The notes below the pieces were generated by a model. The model was given only the letters and a program-made list of their open reading frames with translations, had not been told where the DNA came from and did not search any database. A DNA stretch of 64,000 nt from Sphyrna mokarran (lineage: Eukaryota): positions 42,594,001 to 42,658,000 of the forward strand of contig JAGIQG010000013.1 in NCBI GenBank assembly GCA_024679065.1, written 5' to 3'. Shown piece after piece: positions 51,473 to 63,790 of the stretch; position 1 is the first letter of the stretch; each line of letters opens with the position of its first letter. A program made the translations under genes and the position numbers.

Positions 51473-52765
51473 TTCTGATTTGATTTGATTCAATTTATAA
51501 TTGTCACATATATTAGCATACAGTAAAAAGTATTGTTTCTTGCTCGCATACCGTACTTAAAGAAGGAAAAGAAAGTGTGCAGAATGTGTAGTATTACAGT
51601 CATAGCTAGGGTTTAGAGAAAGATCAACTTAATATGAGGTAAGTCCTTTCAAAATTCTGATTGCAACAGGGAGGAAGCTGTTTTTGAGTTGGTTTGCACA
51701 TGGCCTCAGACTTTTATATCTTTTTCCCAACAGAAGAGGGTGGAAGAAAATATGTCCAGGGTACTTGGGATCCTTGATTAAGCTGACTGCTTTCCTGAGG
51801 CAACATCAAGTGTAGACAGAATCAATGATTGGGAAGCTGCTTTGCGTGATGGGTTGGGCTTTATTACAGTAACACAGTGGTTAGCACTGCTGCTGCACAA
51901 TGCCAGGGACCCGGGTTCAATTCCCAGCTTGCTTCACTGTTTGCATGGAGTTCACACATTCTCCACATGTCTGTGTGGTTTTTCTCTGGATGCTCTGGTT
52001 TCCTCCCACATTCTGAAAGACATGCCAGTTAGGTGCATTGATCGAACAGATGCCAGACTGTGGCGACTAGGGGAATTTCACAGTAGCTTCATTGCAGTGT
52101 TAATGTAAGCCTTACTTGTGACTAATAAATAAACTTTTACTTCAGTTTTTTTGCGGTCTTGGACAGAGCAGGAGCCAAACCAAAGTTTGATACAACCAGA
52201 AAGGATGTTTTTTATGTTGCATCTGTAAAAGTTGGTGAGCAAATATGTCAAATTTCCTTAGCCTCTTGAAAAGTGGAAGAGTTGAAGGGCTTTCTTAATT
52301 ATAACGTTGGCATGAAGGGACCAGCACAGATTGTTTGTGATTTGGACACCTAGAAACTTGAAGCTCTCAACCACTTCCACTACATCTCTGTTGATTCAGA
52401 AAACGGAATGTCCTCCACAATGTTTCCTGAAGTCAATAATTATCTGCTTCATTTTGTTGATATTGAGGGAGAAATCATTATTGTCGCACCAGTTCACAGA
52501 TTCTCTGAACAGGATTTTATGGCCTCACTTGAGCGAGACCAGAAATTCCCACCTGAGGTCAACGGACATTTTCATTGTCCGCCCCTCACCCACTCTGATC
52601 CTGTGGTGTGCTTGGTGGTAGAATTTGGGCGCCCATCACTTTCTGGTGCTCTGCCTGATCATTGTTTGAGATCTGACCCACTTTGGTGATGTCATCATCA
52701 AACTTGAAAATTGAGTTGGAGATGAATTTGATCAAATAGTCAAGGCTATATAAGGAATACAGGAA
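51473..52765 (-). mobile_element. Rex1/Babar-like LINE 3' part with nested SINE (51868-52140, +) and small MITE (52507-52631)
   Basis: (TTTGA)n tail; minus strand VERFKFLGV-like and KKALQLFHF..LRKF..FYRCNIK motifs. Confidence 0.7.
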
Positions 52766-53829
52766 GCGGTTGGCAATATCTCAGCTCTGCCCCTTGTTCG
52801 ATATGTTGGGTTTCTATCTCATTGAACTATTGGAATTTCAAGCCCTTATGACATGCACTTACAGATTGCTATAATATTTTCAATTCAACTGAAATAATTT
52901 GGGAATGTATATGAAATGAAGTTGTCCCAGAAAGATGTGATTCAAGGGTTAGAGATTTGCCTTATACCTCTGATATGTGCAATCAGATCTAATATGGAAT
53001 GATGGGAGAGAAGGGGGGTGTGAACCTGATTTCCATTAAATGTAATGAATTATGATTGTGTTCTTGGGCTTGACGCTGTAATGTCTGCCCATGATGTCTC
53101 TGCTGCCATCCAACTCCCCCTCCCATCCCTGACAATGTGACATCATGCTAGTGGGATCACTACTGATTTTCAAAAATGAAAACTTCTCATGATGACATAG
53201 AGATGCTTATAGGCCCCTGGCATTGAGGGACATGTCTGGGGACAATGCCAGGTAGCACTGGTATAGAGCATTGGCATGAGGTACTAGCAGAGAGGGAGGC
53301 TTCACCGGGGGATGTTCCACTACTGTATTGGTGGAGATTCTGATATTGATGTTGGAGGGGCCAAGTCCATGGGGGTCATGGAGGAAGAGGAGTAGTTCCA
53401 ATGTCTATGGGGTGGGGAAGAAGGTTATGACCTTTAAAATAGCACCCTCGATTTCAGATTTCCTATGTTGGCAGCAATTTTAGGCCATACCCATCCAGCA
53501 ACTTTGCATCCCTGACGCCATTTCTGCCCAGGGAAATGGGGACGCAAAGTCCCAAATATTGTCTTTGTGCATTTTAATTTCAAGATCCTGACGATGATAG
53601 AAATAACTACACAGAAAATAACCTGAATACAAAACTGACCTTAATTGGCTATCTCACAGAAAAGTTAATCGTAATGTCAACCTAATGCACTTGAAGAGAA
53701 GAGTGTGCATCGAAGCTGAACACTATATTTACATGATGTTCAACTTTATTGAAATCAGTGGAATAAATGAAATAGAAAAGAGTGTTTGGAGAGATCCATT
53801 CACCAATGCCAGCATAAAAACCTGATTTT

Positions 53830-55359
53830 ATTTTTGTTTTAAAGAGAGGCGACAAATGGTTTCTTGAGAATAAACTGAGAATTACATCATACAGTTAATG
53901 ATGGGATGTACATAATGGTGGCATGCATCCTCCAGAGATGTAGATATTTTCTCTGTTCTGCAGGGAATCTTTCCCAGTTGACATTGCATACCACTGTAAT
54001 GTTTTCATGTCAAATTTTAAGATTCAGGGGTTAAGATCATTCCAATTTTGTAAGTTTAAGTACGCTTAAATGTCACAAGTAGGCTTACATTAATGCTGTA
54101 ACAAAGTTACTGTGAAAATCTCTAAGTCGCCACACTCTGGCTCCTGTTTGGGTACACTGAAGAAGAATATAGTGTGGCCACTGCACCTAACCATCATGTC
54201 TTTCAGACTGGAGGATGAAACCAGAATACCAGGAGGAAACTCACTTAAATACATAGAGAATGTACAGATTCTGCACAGACATTGACCTAAGCCAGGAATC
54301 AAAACTGACCCTTCGACCCTGTGAGGCAGCAGTGCCAACCACTGCGCCGTCGTGCTACCCAGTATATCGTTCCTAACTTTCACTGATCCACATCCACAAC
54401 CAAATTCAAGGCCAGAATTTTACAGAGTTTGAATGGGCGTGTGCCTTACCTGAACTTGCGTGAATCCATACGAGAGAACCTTGGACACGCACGCCAATGT
54501 CACGGTGCTCTCAGGCGATGTTCCAGTCAGCAGGCGTGCACGAGAATCGGAAATGTGCCCAATGACAGTTGAAAGTCCATTAAGCACGCAATCGGTCCTA
54601 ATTTTACACGGCCCATGTGCTTTTATGCTTGGCACAAGAGTGAATCGGCTCTGCAAAATTCATATAGCAATATTCTTATCAGCCCCGATCAAGGATGGGA
54701 TAAAATGTGTGAGGGACGAAATAAATTAAAATGTTTGTGGGTTGAGCTGTGATATTTTATGGTGTCAGTTGCTTGATAAAGAAAGTTTGCAACATGTGTT
54801 TGGTACAATACTGCAGCTTTTTGTTTTAAGGAGAGGCAACAAATCATTTCTTGAAAATAAACTGAGAATTACATCATACAGTTAATGACGGGATGTGTAT
54901 AATGGTGGCAGAGATGCCACCTCCAGAGTTGCAGGTATTTTCTCTGCTCTGCAGCGAACATTTCTCAGCTAACATTGCATACCACTGTAATGTTTTCATG
55001 TCAAATTTTAAAATTCAAGTTAAGATCACCCTAATTTTGTAAGTTTAAAGTTTATTTATTTGCATCACAAGTAGGCTTACATTGACACTGCAATAAAGTT
55101 ACTGTGAAAATCCCCTAGTCACCGTAGCTTGGTACACTGAGGGAGAGAATTTAACTTGGCCAATGCATCTAACCAGCTTGTCTTTCAGACTGTGGGAAGA
55201 AACCAGAGCACCTGGAGAAAACCCACATTGATATGGGTAGAATGTGCAGACTCTGCACAAACAATGACCCAAGCAAGAGGCAGCAGTGCCAACCACTGTG
55301 GCACCATGCCACCCAGTATATCATAATTGCAACCTAATTTTTATTGATCCACATCCACA
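53830..55359. repeat. Diverged direct duplication: 53830-54397 and 54818-55359, each with an alternative-tail SINE; MITE end between
   Basis: Shared AATAAACTGAGAATTACATCATACAGTTAATGA and CATTGCATACCACTGTAATGTTTTCATGTCAAATTTTAA, SINE at the same position, shared end TGATCCACATCCACA. Confidence 0.9.
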
Positions 55360-55787
55360 TGGGTTACACTGAGGGAGAATTTTAAAAAGGTAATTGGAAC
55401 AGTATTGCAGCTCCCTGCGACTATAGTCAGCCTTCCAAGAGCTTGTTGGAAATGCCCACCTGCCCTTTCAATTCTCTTGGTGCCTGCCCTCTCTAGTATG
55501 CCACACATAGTGTGCATGTCCCACTAGCTGACCATCAATTGACTATGCAGACAGCGTGAAGTTGCACTCTCAGCTGATTGCAGCCAGAAACACATATCGT
55601 GTCTGCTTCTGGACCTGCTGATTGTACGCTAAAATTTCAGGCTAACCTTTGTTTTTGCAAAGAGGACTAAAATTTAATATACCAAGCTCAGAAACTGAAA
55701 GTTGCCTTCAGACTGCAATCTAGGATGATATTAAAATTACACTTACAAGATTCATATTTTAGAAAGTAAATAAAAACAATGGAAAAT

Positions 55788-56122
55788 ATAGAACATAGAA
55801 CATAGAACATTACAGCACAGAACAGGCCCTTCGGCCTTCGATGTTGTGCCGACCAAAATAAAAAGCAATGCCCCTCCAAACTAACCATTCCCTTCTCTTC
55901 CATATACTTATCAATTAACCTCTTAAACGCCACCAAACTTGGCGCATCTACAACAGCTGCAGGCAGGGCATTCCACTCCCTAATCACTCTTTGAGTAAAG
56001 AACCTACCTCTGATATCCGTCCTATAACTCATACCCCTTAATTTAAAGCTGTGTCCCCTCGTGCTAGCTTTCTCCATCCTAGGAAAAAGGCTATCACTGT
56101 CCACCCTATCTAAACCTCTAAT
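55788..56122 (-). mobile_element. Young CR1 LINE 3' end (copy B)
   Basis: Near-identical to copies A and C; (ATGTTCT)n tail. Confidence 0.95.
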
Positions 56123-57157
56123 GTGAAGTTTAGATTTGTGGGTTGTGAATATGAAGATAATTTGAGACATTATAAGGCTTTTTTTTGCTGGAACAGAGAA
56201 AGATTGACCTGACAAATCTTAAGGTAATAGAGAGCTATGACAGTGCAGTGTGATAGACTGATTCTATTAATCAGCAAAACAATAATGAGGGGAGCACAAG
56301 TTACAATAATAAAATCAGATCAAATCAAGAATGAGTCCCGACAGGAATTGGAATTCGCCAAGAATTAAATGAGAGGATGAGTTTACAGTCGGATAATGAC
56401 CAAGTCATTTTGTCAATTTTATGTGTCAATATAAAATATTGAAAGGGTGCAATGTAAAATTTCTTCAAAAACCAATATGCACATGTCTGTTGAATTGCAG
56501 TTGTTTTCTCTTGCACTTCTGACTGTTTTTATAAGGTGCATCCTGCGTGGCTTCAAAGATTGTAGCAGGTTGCTCTGATTCCTACCTTGATTGCTGAGGT
56601 GCTTTTGCCTACACCCTCCGAGTATTGAATCCATGAGGGACTGTTTCACCTGCACCTGAGGCAGGATGTTGTGTACTGGCTGAGGGCAGGGAGCTGGGGG
56701 TAGAGAACACTTGGTGACACTATCCTCTTTCACCATCATACCTTTCCTGGATTGTGGCACTTTACTCCAACCACACTGCTGCATATTAGTTTATGAAGAT
56801 TATTGAAGCCGTGGATTAAATATTTCCCATTAAAACAGCAGACATGCTGGGTTCTGAAGCCATAGTTATGGTCTATATGGATTCAACTTCCATTGAAGCA
56901 GTCATTCTCTCCGTGGCTGACATTCTCACAATTGCCCGTATTAACAATCAACTTGTTCTCTTCCATTTTCTCTGCTATGACGAATAGTGTGCATGGCAAT
57001 ACCTTACTGAGTTGCAGCTGCACTCCTGGCATTTTCTTTCTCAACAATGGTCCCTGGGGTTCATATTCTGTTTCCCAGCTAAGCTTATAGAAAGTTGACA
57101 GGGATGCACTTCAGTTGTCCCTACCATCAGTGTAGGTTTATATTCACTTGTGTGTTA

Positions 57158-57885
57158 AAGAACAAAGAAAATTACAGCACAAGAACAGGCCCTTTGGCCC
57201 TCCAAGCCTGCATTGACCATGCTGCTGGCTGAACTAAAAATCCCTACCCTTCCAGAGACCGTATCCCTCCATTCCTATCTTATCCATTTATTTGTCAAGA
57301 CACTCTTTAAAAGTCACTATTGTATCTACCTCTACTACTTCTTCCAGCAGCGAGTTCCAGGCATCCACCACTCTGTGTACATCTTGCCTTTTACATCTCC
57401 TTTAAACCTTGCCCCTTGCACCTTAAATCTATGCCCCCCTAGTAATTGATTCTTGCATTCTATGAGAAAGCTTCTCACTATTCACTCTGTCCATGCCCCT
57501 CATAATCTTGTAGACTTCTATCAGGTTGCCCCTCAATCTCAATAGTTCCAGTGAGAATAAACCAAGTTTCTCCAATCTCTCCTCATAGCTAATGCCCTCC
57601 AAAGCAGGCACCACCCTGGCAAATCATTTCTGTACCCTCTCCAAAACCTTCATATCCTCCTGGTAGCGTGGTAATCAGAATTGAACACGATATTCCAACT
57701 GCATCCTAACTAAGGTTCTATAAACTGCAACATGACTTGTCTATTTTTAAACTTAATGTCCCAGCTGATGAAGGCAAGCATGCTATATGTTTTCTTGACT
57801 ATCTTTTTCACCTGCGTTACTAGTTTCAGCGAGCTGTGTACCTGTACACCCAGATCCCTCTGCATATCAATACTCTTAAGTATTG
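57158..57885 (-). mobile_element. CR1 LINE 3' end
   Basis: EGISYEERLEKLGLFSLE..RGNLIEVYKIMRG; (TTGTTCT) tail; same subfamily as 1-1101. Confidence 0.9.
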
Positions 57886-58014
57886 GCCTCGTGGTGAATC
57901 ACCAGACAAAAATACAAACAATTGTTCAACAGGATTCATCAAAATATGAGTATTTCTATTGATGCATGGCTGTATGCCCTTTAGAATGAGCAAGATCTTC
58001 CTGAGAGCTGTCAT

Positions 58015-58305
58015 GAATCATAAAATCATAGAAACCATAGAATCCCTACAGTGCAAAAAAGTTCATTCAGCCCATCAAGTCTACACCAACAGCCATCCCT
58101 ATCCCCATATCTCAATGCATTTACTCTGCTAATCCCCTGACACTAAGATTTGCAATGTGGAAAGGAAACCCAAATACAGAGGAAATCTATACTGACATGC
58201 GAAGAATGTGCAAACTCCACAAAGACAGTAACCCAAGGCTGGAATTGAATCCAGTTTCTGGCATTGTGAAGCAGCAGTAACCAACCATTGGGCCATCATG
58301 CTGCC
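58015..58305 (-). mobile_element. HE1-type SINE
   Basis: CATAGAAT tail, HE1 body and tRNA-like head on the minus strand. Confidence 0.8.
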
Positions 58306-58699
58306 ACAGATGCTTCTTGTATGTGTGAAGGCCATGAAAGTCTATATAATCAAAATGAATGAGTCATGACAGGGTAATAATCTTATCAATCAGCAAACTC
58401 AGTGGTCAGTAAAATATTGCCATCCAGCGTATGAAGAAATTTCATTTTTGATGTTAGGCATCTAAGAGAACCTAATTACTCCAGCTTTGATCAGAAAGGA
58501 TAAAAATTTGTCACTTATCTTCAGGGCATCCATGGACTGTTGGTCATGGGCCACATCCATTTTTCTCCCTCTCTTTTGAATACTGTATTTGCTTCTCCAA
58601 TTAGAATTGAAAAGAGAGACATGTGAATGAGTGAAAGTCAGGTATTCACCTGATGGATGCAGCGCAGTTCCAGAGGGTGGCTATCAGACAGGTGCTTCA

Positions 58700-59075
58700 T
58701 CACACAGGGTAAGGCTTGGAATGAGTGATGGTGGTGGTGGTGGATGGGAAGTATGGGAGCTGGAGAAGTGCAAATAAAGGATGGGTGTTGCTGCAAGTTA
58801 GGTTAGTGCACAGAGTGAGGTAATGGACAGATTTTGGAAGAGTTGTTGTCCAGCGCAAAATTGCACTCGCCTTTTTTGGCCTCCTAAGTTCATCAAGGTG
58901 CTTTCTGCACTGCACCCAAGATTTGGATACAGGTCACCTGCTGCTCACCTCCTCAGCTACTTCCCGCTATGGCTTCTTGGTCACAGATCTGGGTTATGTC
59001 CTCTCAGTGGTAAATCATTTACCTCCTGGCCCTCAGTGTACTCAGCAGTACTTCAGTAAAGCAGCTGTGCATGTT
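58700..59075 (-). mobile_element. Harbinger Myb/SANT exon-1 remnant
   Basis: REVAEEVSS..SWVQCRKHLDELRR followed by an intron-like C-rich stretch. Confidence 0.6.
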
Positions 59076-59396
59076 TGTCTGCTTCTTGTCAATCTATAAC
59101 CTCCTTCTCACTCACAAATCTGTATTAGCCCTTTAAATAGTGAGCTTAATTGCATCATGTTGTCCATTTCCGATCTGGAGTGTAGGCAGAGATGACACTG
59201 GTTTCTATGGATGTGATAGGTTTTAGATAGGGTGCTTTAAAATGTCTACTCCATTCTTTAGCTCTGGCATTCAGTTCATTTTGCAGCTTTGTTTACTTTT
59301 CTTTGAATCCATGCCCAGGTTTAAATCAAGCACCATAGGCAGCAATAATCAACAGATTCACACAATCAGACACAGAACAAACAAACACTACACATC

Positions 59397-62300
59397 GGGA
59401 CTGATTTTACCATTTTCATTCTAAGTGCTGAATTTGGGTGCAATTCAGGTCCGACTTGGAAACCTGCTTTCAGGCGCTTCCATACGTACTTAGCCTGAAA
59501 AGAATTGTGGCTCTGAATCATGCTGTGTGTGGGGCTTAGTGCACCCAAAACGATTGGAGTTCGGAACTGCGCATGCACAGTTAGAAAAAGTTCAGAAAAG
59601 CACGCCGCTGCCACATTGCTTCTGGGCTGCAGAAAGCTGCCAAAGCAGCCCGAGAGCGAAAAGCAGGAGCGATGGCCCCCACACAGACTTCACTATCCCC
59701 CTTGTCTATCCAAATCCCGCTATCCAGACTGATTGTGAATGCGCACCCCTTTCCCCCACCGCTGATCGTCTGCAGAGTGGCAGCAGACCCCCCTGCACGC
59801 CGCCCCCTCCCCTTCATCAGAGACCTTCTGGCCTTCCCACCACCAGAGATACATCTTACTCACATCCCTCCTCCACCTCTCACCAGAGAATGATCTGGCT
59901 TCACTTCCCTCCCCACCACATCCACCACCCCCCATCCCGACCCCCACAGGTACATCTGACCCACGTCCTCCTCCCTCCATTCCCCCACTCCCAAACCTCC
60001 AACCAGATAATGATCCGGCCTCTCCACTCTTTCCCTCCTCCACCAGAGAACATAGAACATAGAACATTACAGCACAGAACAGGCCCTTCGGCCTTCGATG
60101 TTGCGCCGACCAATATAAAAAAGCAATGACCCTCCAAACTAAACCATTCCCTTCTCTTCCATATACTTATCAACTAACCTCTTAAACGTCACCAAACTTG
60201 GCGCATCTATAACTGCTGCAGGCAGGGCATTCCACTCCCGAACCACCCTTTGGGTAAAGAACCTGCCTCTGATATCCGTCCTATAACTATCACCACTTAA
60301 TTTAAAGCTGTGTCCCCTCGTGCTAGCTTTTTCCATCCTAGGAAAAAGGCTATCACTGTCCACCCTATCTAAACCTCTAATCATCTTATATGTTTCGATT
60401 AGGTCCCCTCTTAGCCGCCTCCTTTCTAACGAAAACAACCTCAAATCACTCAGCCTCTCTTCATAAGACCTGCCCTCCATACCAGGCAACATCCTGGTAA
60501 ACTCCTCTGTACCCTCTCCAATGCCTCCACATCTTTCTTATAATGTGGGGACCAGAACTGCACACAATACTCCAAGTGCGGCCGCACTAGAGTTTTGTAC
60601 AGTTGCAACATGACGTTGCGGCTCCGAAATTCAACCCCCCTACCAATAAAAGCTAAGACTCCATATGCCTTCTTAACAACCTTATCGACTTGACTGCCTA
60701 CTTTCAGGGATCTATGCACATATACACCAAGATCCCTCTGTTCATCAACACTATTAAGATCCTACCATTAGCCCTATACTCTACACATTTATTATTCCTG
60801 CCAAAGTGCATTACCTCACACTTTTCCACATTAAACTCCATTTGCCACCTCTCGGCCCAGCTCTGCAACTTGTCCAAGTCACTCTGTAAACTATAACACC
60901 CCTCCTCACTATCTACCACTCCACCGACTTTAGTGTCATCTGCAAATTTACTAATCAATCCTTCAATACCCTCATCCAGATCATTTATAAAAATTACAAA
61001 CAGCAGGGGCCCCAAAACAGACCCCTGAGGTACACCACATGTCACCGAACTCCACGATGAATATCTCCCATCAACCACCACCCTCTGTCTTCTATCTGCT
61101 AGCCAATTCCTAACCCAATTAGCTAAATCACCCGCTATCCCATACATCTGCATTTTCTGCAGAAGTCTTCCATGGGCCACCTTATCAAACGCCTTACTAA
61201 AGTCCATATATACTACATCAACCGACTTACCCCCATCCACCTCTCTGGTCACTTTCTCAAAAAACTCAATGAGGTTAGTAAGGCATGACCTACCCTTCAC
61301 GAAACCATGCTGACTATCCCCAATCAATTCATTCTCTCTAAATAACTATAAATCCTATCCCTAATAATTCTCTCCAATACCTTGCCCACAACAGAAGTAA
61401 GACTCACTGGCCTATAATTCCCTGGAAGGTCTCTCTTCCCCTTCTTGAACAATGGGAACACATTCGCTATCCTCCAGTCCTCCGGAACCACACCCGTAAC
61501 CAACGACGATCTGAAGATCAGAGCCAGAGGCTCTGCAATCGCCTCTCTTGCCTCCCAGAGAATCCTAGGGTAAATCCCGTCCGGCCCAGGGGACTTTTCC
61601 AACTTCAAACCCTCAAGAATATCTAGCACATCCTCCCTATCTACCTCAATACTTTCCAGTTTGCAACCCTGTACCTCAGTGTTCTCCATAACTACATTTA
61701 CATCACCCTGCGTGAATACCGAAGAGAAATATTTAGTCAGTACCTCTCCAATCTCCTCAGGCTCCACGCACAACTTCCCACTGCTGTCTATGACTGGCCC
61801 TAATCTTGCCCTAACCAATCTTCTATTCTTAACATATCGAAAGAAAGCTTTAGGATTCTCCTTAATCCTATCAGCCAACATCTTCTCGTGTCCCCTCTTA
61901 GATCTCCTCAATTCACTTTTTACCTCCTTCCTGGCTAATCTATAGCTATCCATTGCACTAACTGAGCCTTCAAGCCTCATCCTGACATAAGCCTCCTTTT
62001 TCTTCTTAACCAGCAAATCAACTCTTTTCGTACACCAAGGCTCTCTTACTCGTCCATTTCCTCCCTGCCTGACCGGGACATACTTATCAAGGACTCGCAG
62101 CAGCTGCTCCTTGAATAAGCACCACATTCCAGATGTTCCCAGTCCCTGTAGTTTCCTAGTCCAATCTATGCACCCTAATTCTCTCCTGATGGCCTCATAA
62201 TTACCTTCCCCCAGCTATAACTACTGCCCCCAGCTTCATGCCTATCCCTATCCATCACTAAGGTGAACGTAACCGAATTGTGGTCACTATCACCAAAATG

Positions 62301-62838
62301 TTCACTAACTTCCAAGCCTGACACCTGGTCTGGCTCATTGCCCAGCACCAAATCCAATGTAGCCTCACCTCTAGTTGGCCTATCTACATACTGAGTCAAA
62401 AAACCTTCCTGCACACTTTGTACAAAAACTGACCAGAATGATCTGGCCTGCCTCCCTCCCCCCTTTCCCCACCACTGATCTGAGTCAGAGACCGTTGGAA
62501 GTGCTGAACGCACCTTTTCAGCAACTGGAGCGCTTGAATCAGACTTTTATTCAGCGTGTCCATTTTGGCGCAATCCCAGATTGGTGAACATGGTGGTAAA
62601 GGGGGAAATGCTGATAAAGTTGGGCAAACAGTTCATTAATTCAATTGAATTGCATGCAAATGCATTTAAATCTCTGTTGCCCGTGTTTTGGGCGAAATCG
62701 GATCGCAAACATTCCTATATCTCAGTAATCTGGCCATCTGCACGGATGTGGGCATGGATCACCTTAATGGCCTCACACCCAATTTTATCATGTTTGTGCA
62801 CCCAAAAACAGACATGACGCAATGGTAAAATCAGGCAC
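59397..62838. mobile_element. PIF/Harbinger-like non-autonomous element (~1.05 kb without the nested CR1)
   Basis: Perfect 14-bp inverted match CTGATTTTACCATT (59401-59414 / 62821-62834); 3-bp TSD ATC (59394-59396 / 62839-62841); CpG-rich. Confidence 0.8.
60047..62434 (-). mobile_element. Young CR1 LINE (copy C), 2.4 kb, ORF2 from end of endonuclease through RT to 3' tail
   Basis: PTRGEATLDLVL, GDSDHN, SPGPDGI, NYRPVSLTS, QHGF, DFSKAFDKV, GVPQGSVLGP, FADD; 4-bp TSD AGAA (60047-60050 / 62435-62438). Confidence 0.97.
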
Positions 62839-63049
62839 ATCATATTGATCTGCAACACAACTGCTACGCAATCGAAAGAAAAATTATATTGCTCCACTTT
62901 ACTTCTGGGCTTCATCTACACAATTTCCCTCTTTATTTGGAAGCCAGCTTCAAAGCAATTAACATCACGACCATTGTGTTGGATTCTTGAGAATATTTGC
63001 AGATCTCCGCTAACTTTAGTCAGGAAATGATGAGGTATGAAAGGATAAG

Positions 63050-63290
63050 GTAGCATAATAGCTATGGCATTGGACTTGCAAAATTGAATTCAATTACTCT
63101 GGTAATTTGTGAGCAGAAACTTAACCAAGACAGCAGTTGGTTTAAATGTCCTTCAGGGCAGAGCTTTCCATCAACCCCAGCATGCGAATCTAGCCCCATA
63201 TTATGTGATCAACTTTCAGTGCTCTCAGAGAGACTTAGGATGGGCAATAAATATTGTCTTGCTTATGTTACCCATACTCTAAGAATAAAT
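63050..63290 (+). mobile_element. Second SINE family copy, decayed
   Basis: Head GGTAGCATAATAGCTATGGCATTGGACT; tail GGATGGGCAATAAATATTG. Confidence 0.55.
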
Positions 63291-63534
63291 AAATGTTTAA
63301 CCTGGAGCTACTAATCTTTCTTGCTGTAAGTTGATACTAACCTCAAACCAATAGCCAGAGTATAAATCCACCTCTATTCCATCCCTATGAACTTTAACAC
63401 TATTTTATTTCTCACAACTAAATTTTATATTAAATAAAATTCACCACTTACAATGAATTCCTGAGTTCATTTCAGTCTTGAGAAAGAAAATAGTGTTCTT
63501 GCTGAGTCTGCTGTCACTGGTGCACGACATTTTA

Positions 63535-63790
63535 AAGTTAAAAAGTTAAAGTTTATTTATTAGTTAGCCTTACATTAATACTGAAATGGAGTTTCTGTGA
63601 AAATCCTCTAGTTGTCACACTCCGGCACCTGTTCAGGTACACTGAGGGAGAATTTAACATGGCCAGTTAACTTAGTCTCTGCACATCTTTGGATTGTGGA
63701 GGAAACAAGAGCACACGGAGGAAATCCATGCAGACACAACGAGAATGTGCAAATTCCATGCAGACAGTGACCCAAGTCGGGGAAACCCAT
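63535..63790 (-). mobile_element. Alternative-tail HE1-body SINE, 5' truncated
   Basis: AAAGTTTATTTATTAGT..GCCTTACATTAA..CTGTGAAAATCC followed by the HE1 body. Confidence 0.8.

Noticed and set aside
59527-60129. 200-aa Pro/His-rich ORF
   Set aside because: Arises from the C-rich MITE interior running into the antisense CR1 tail.
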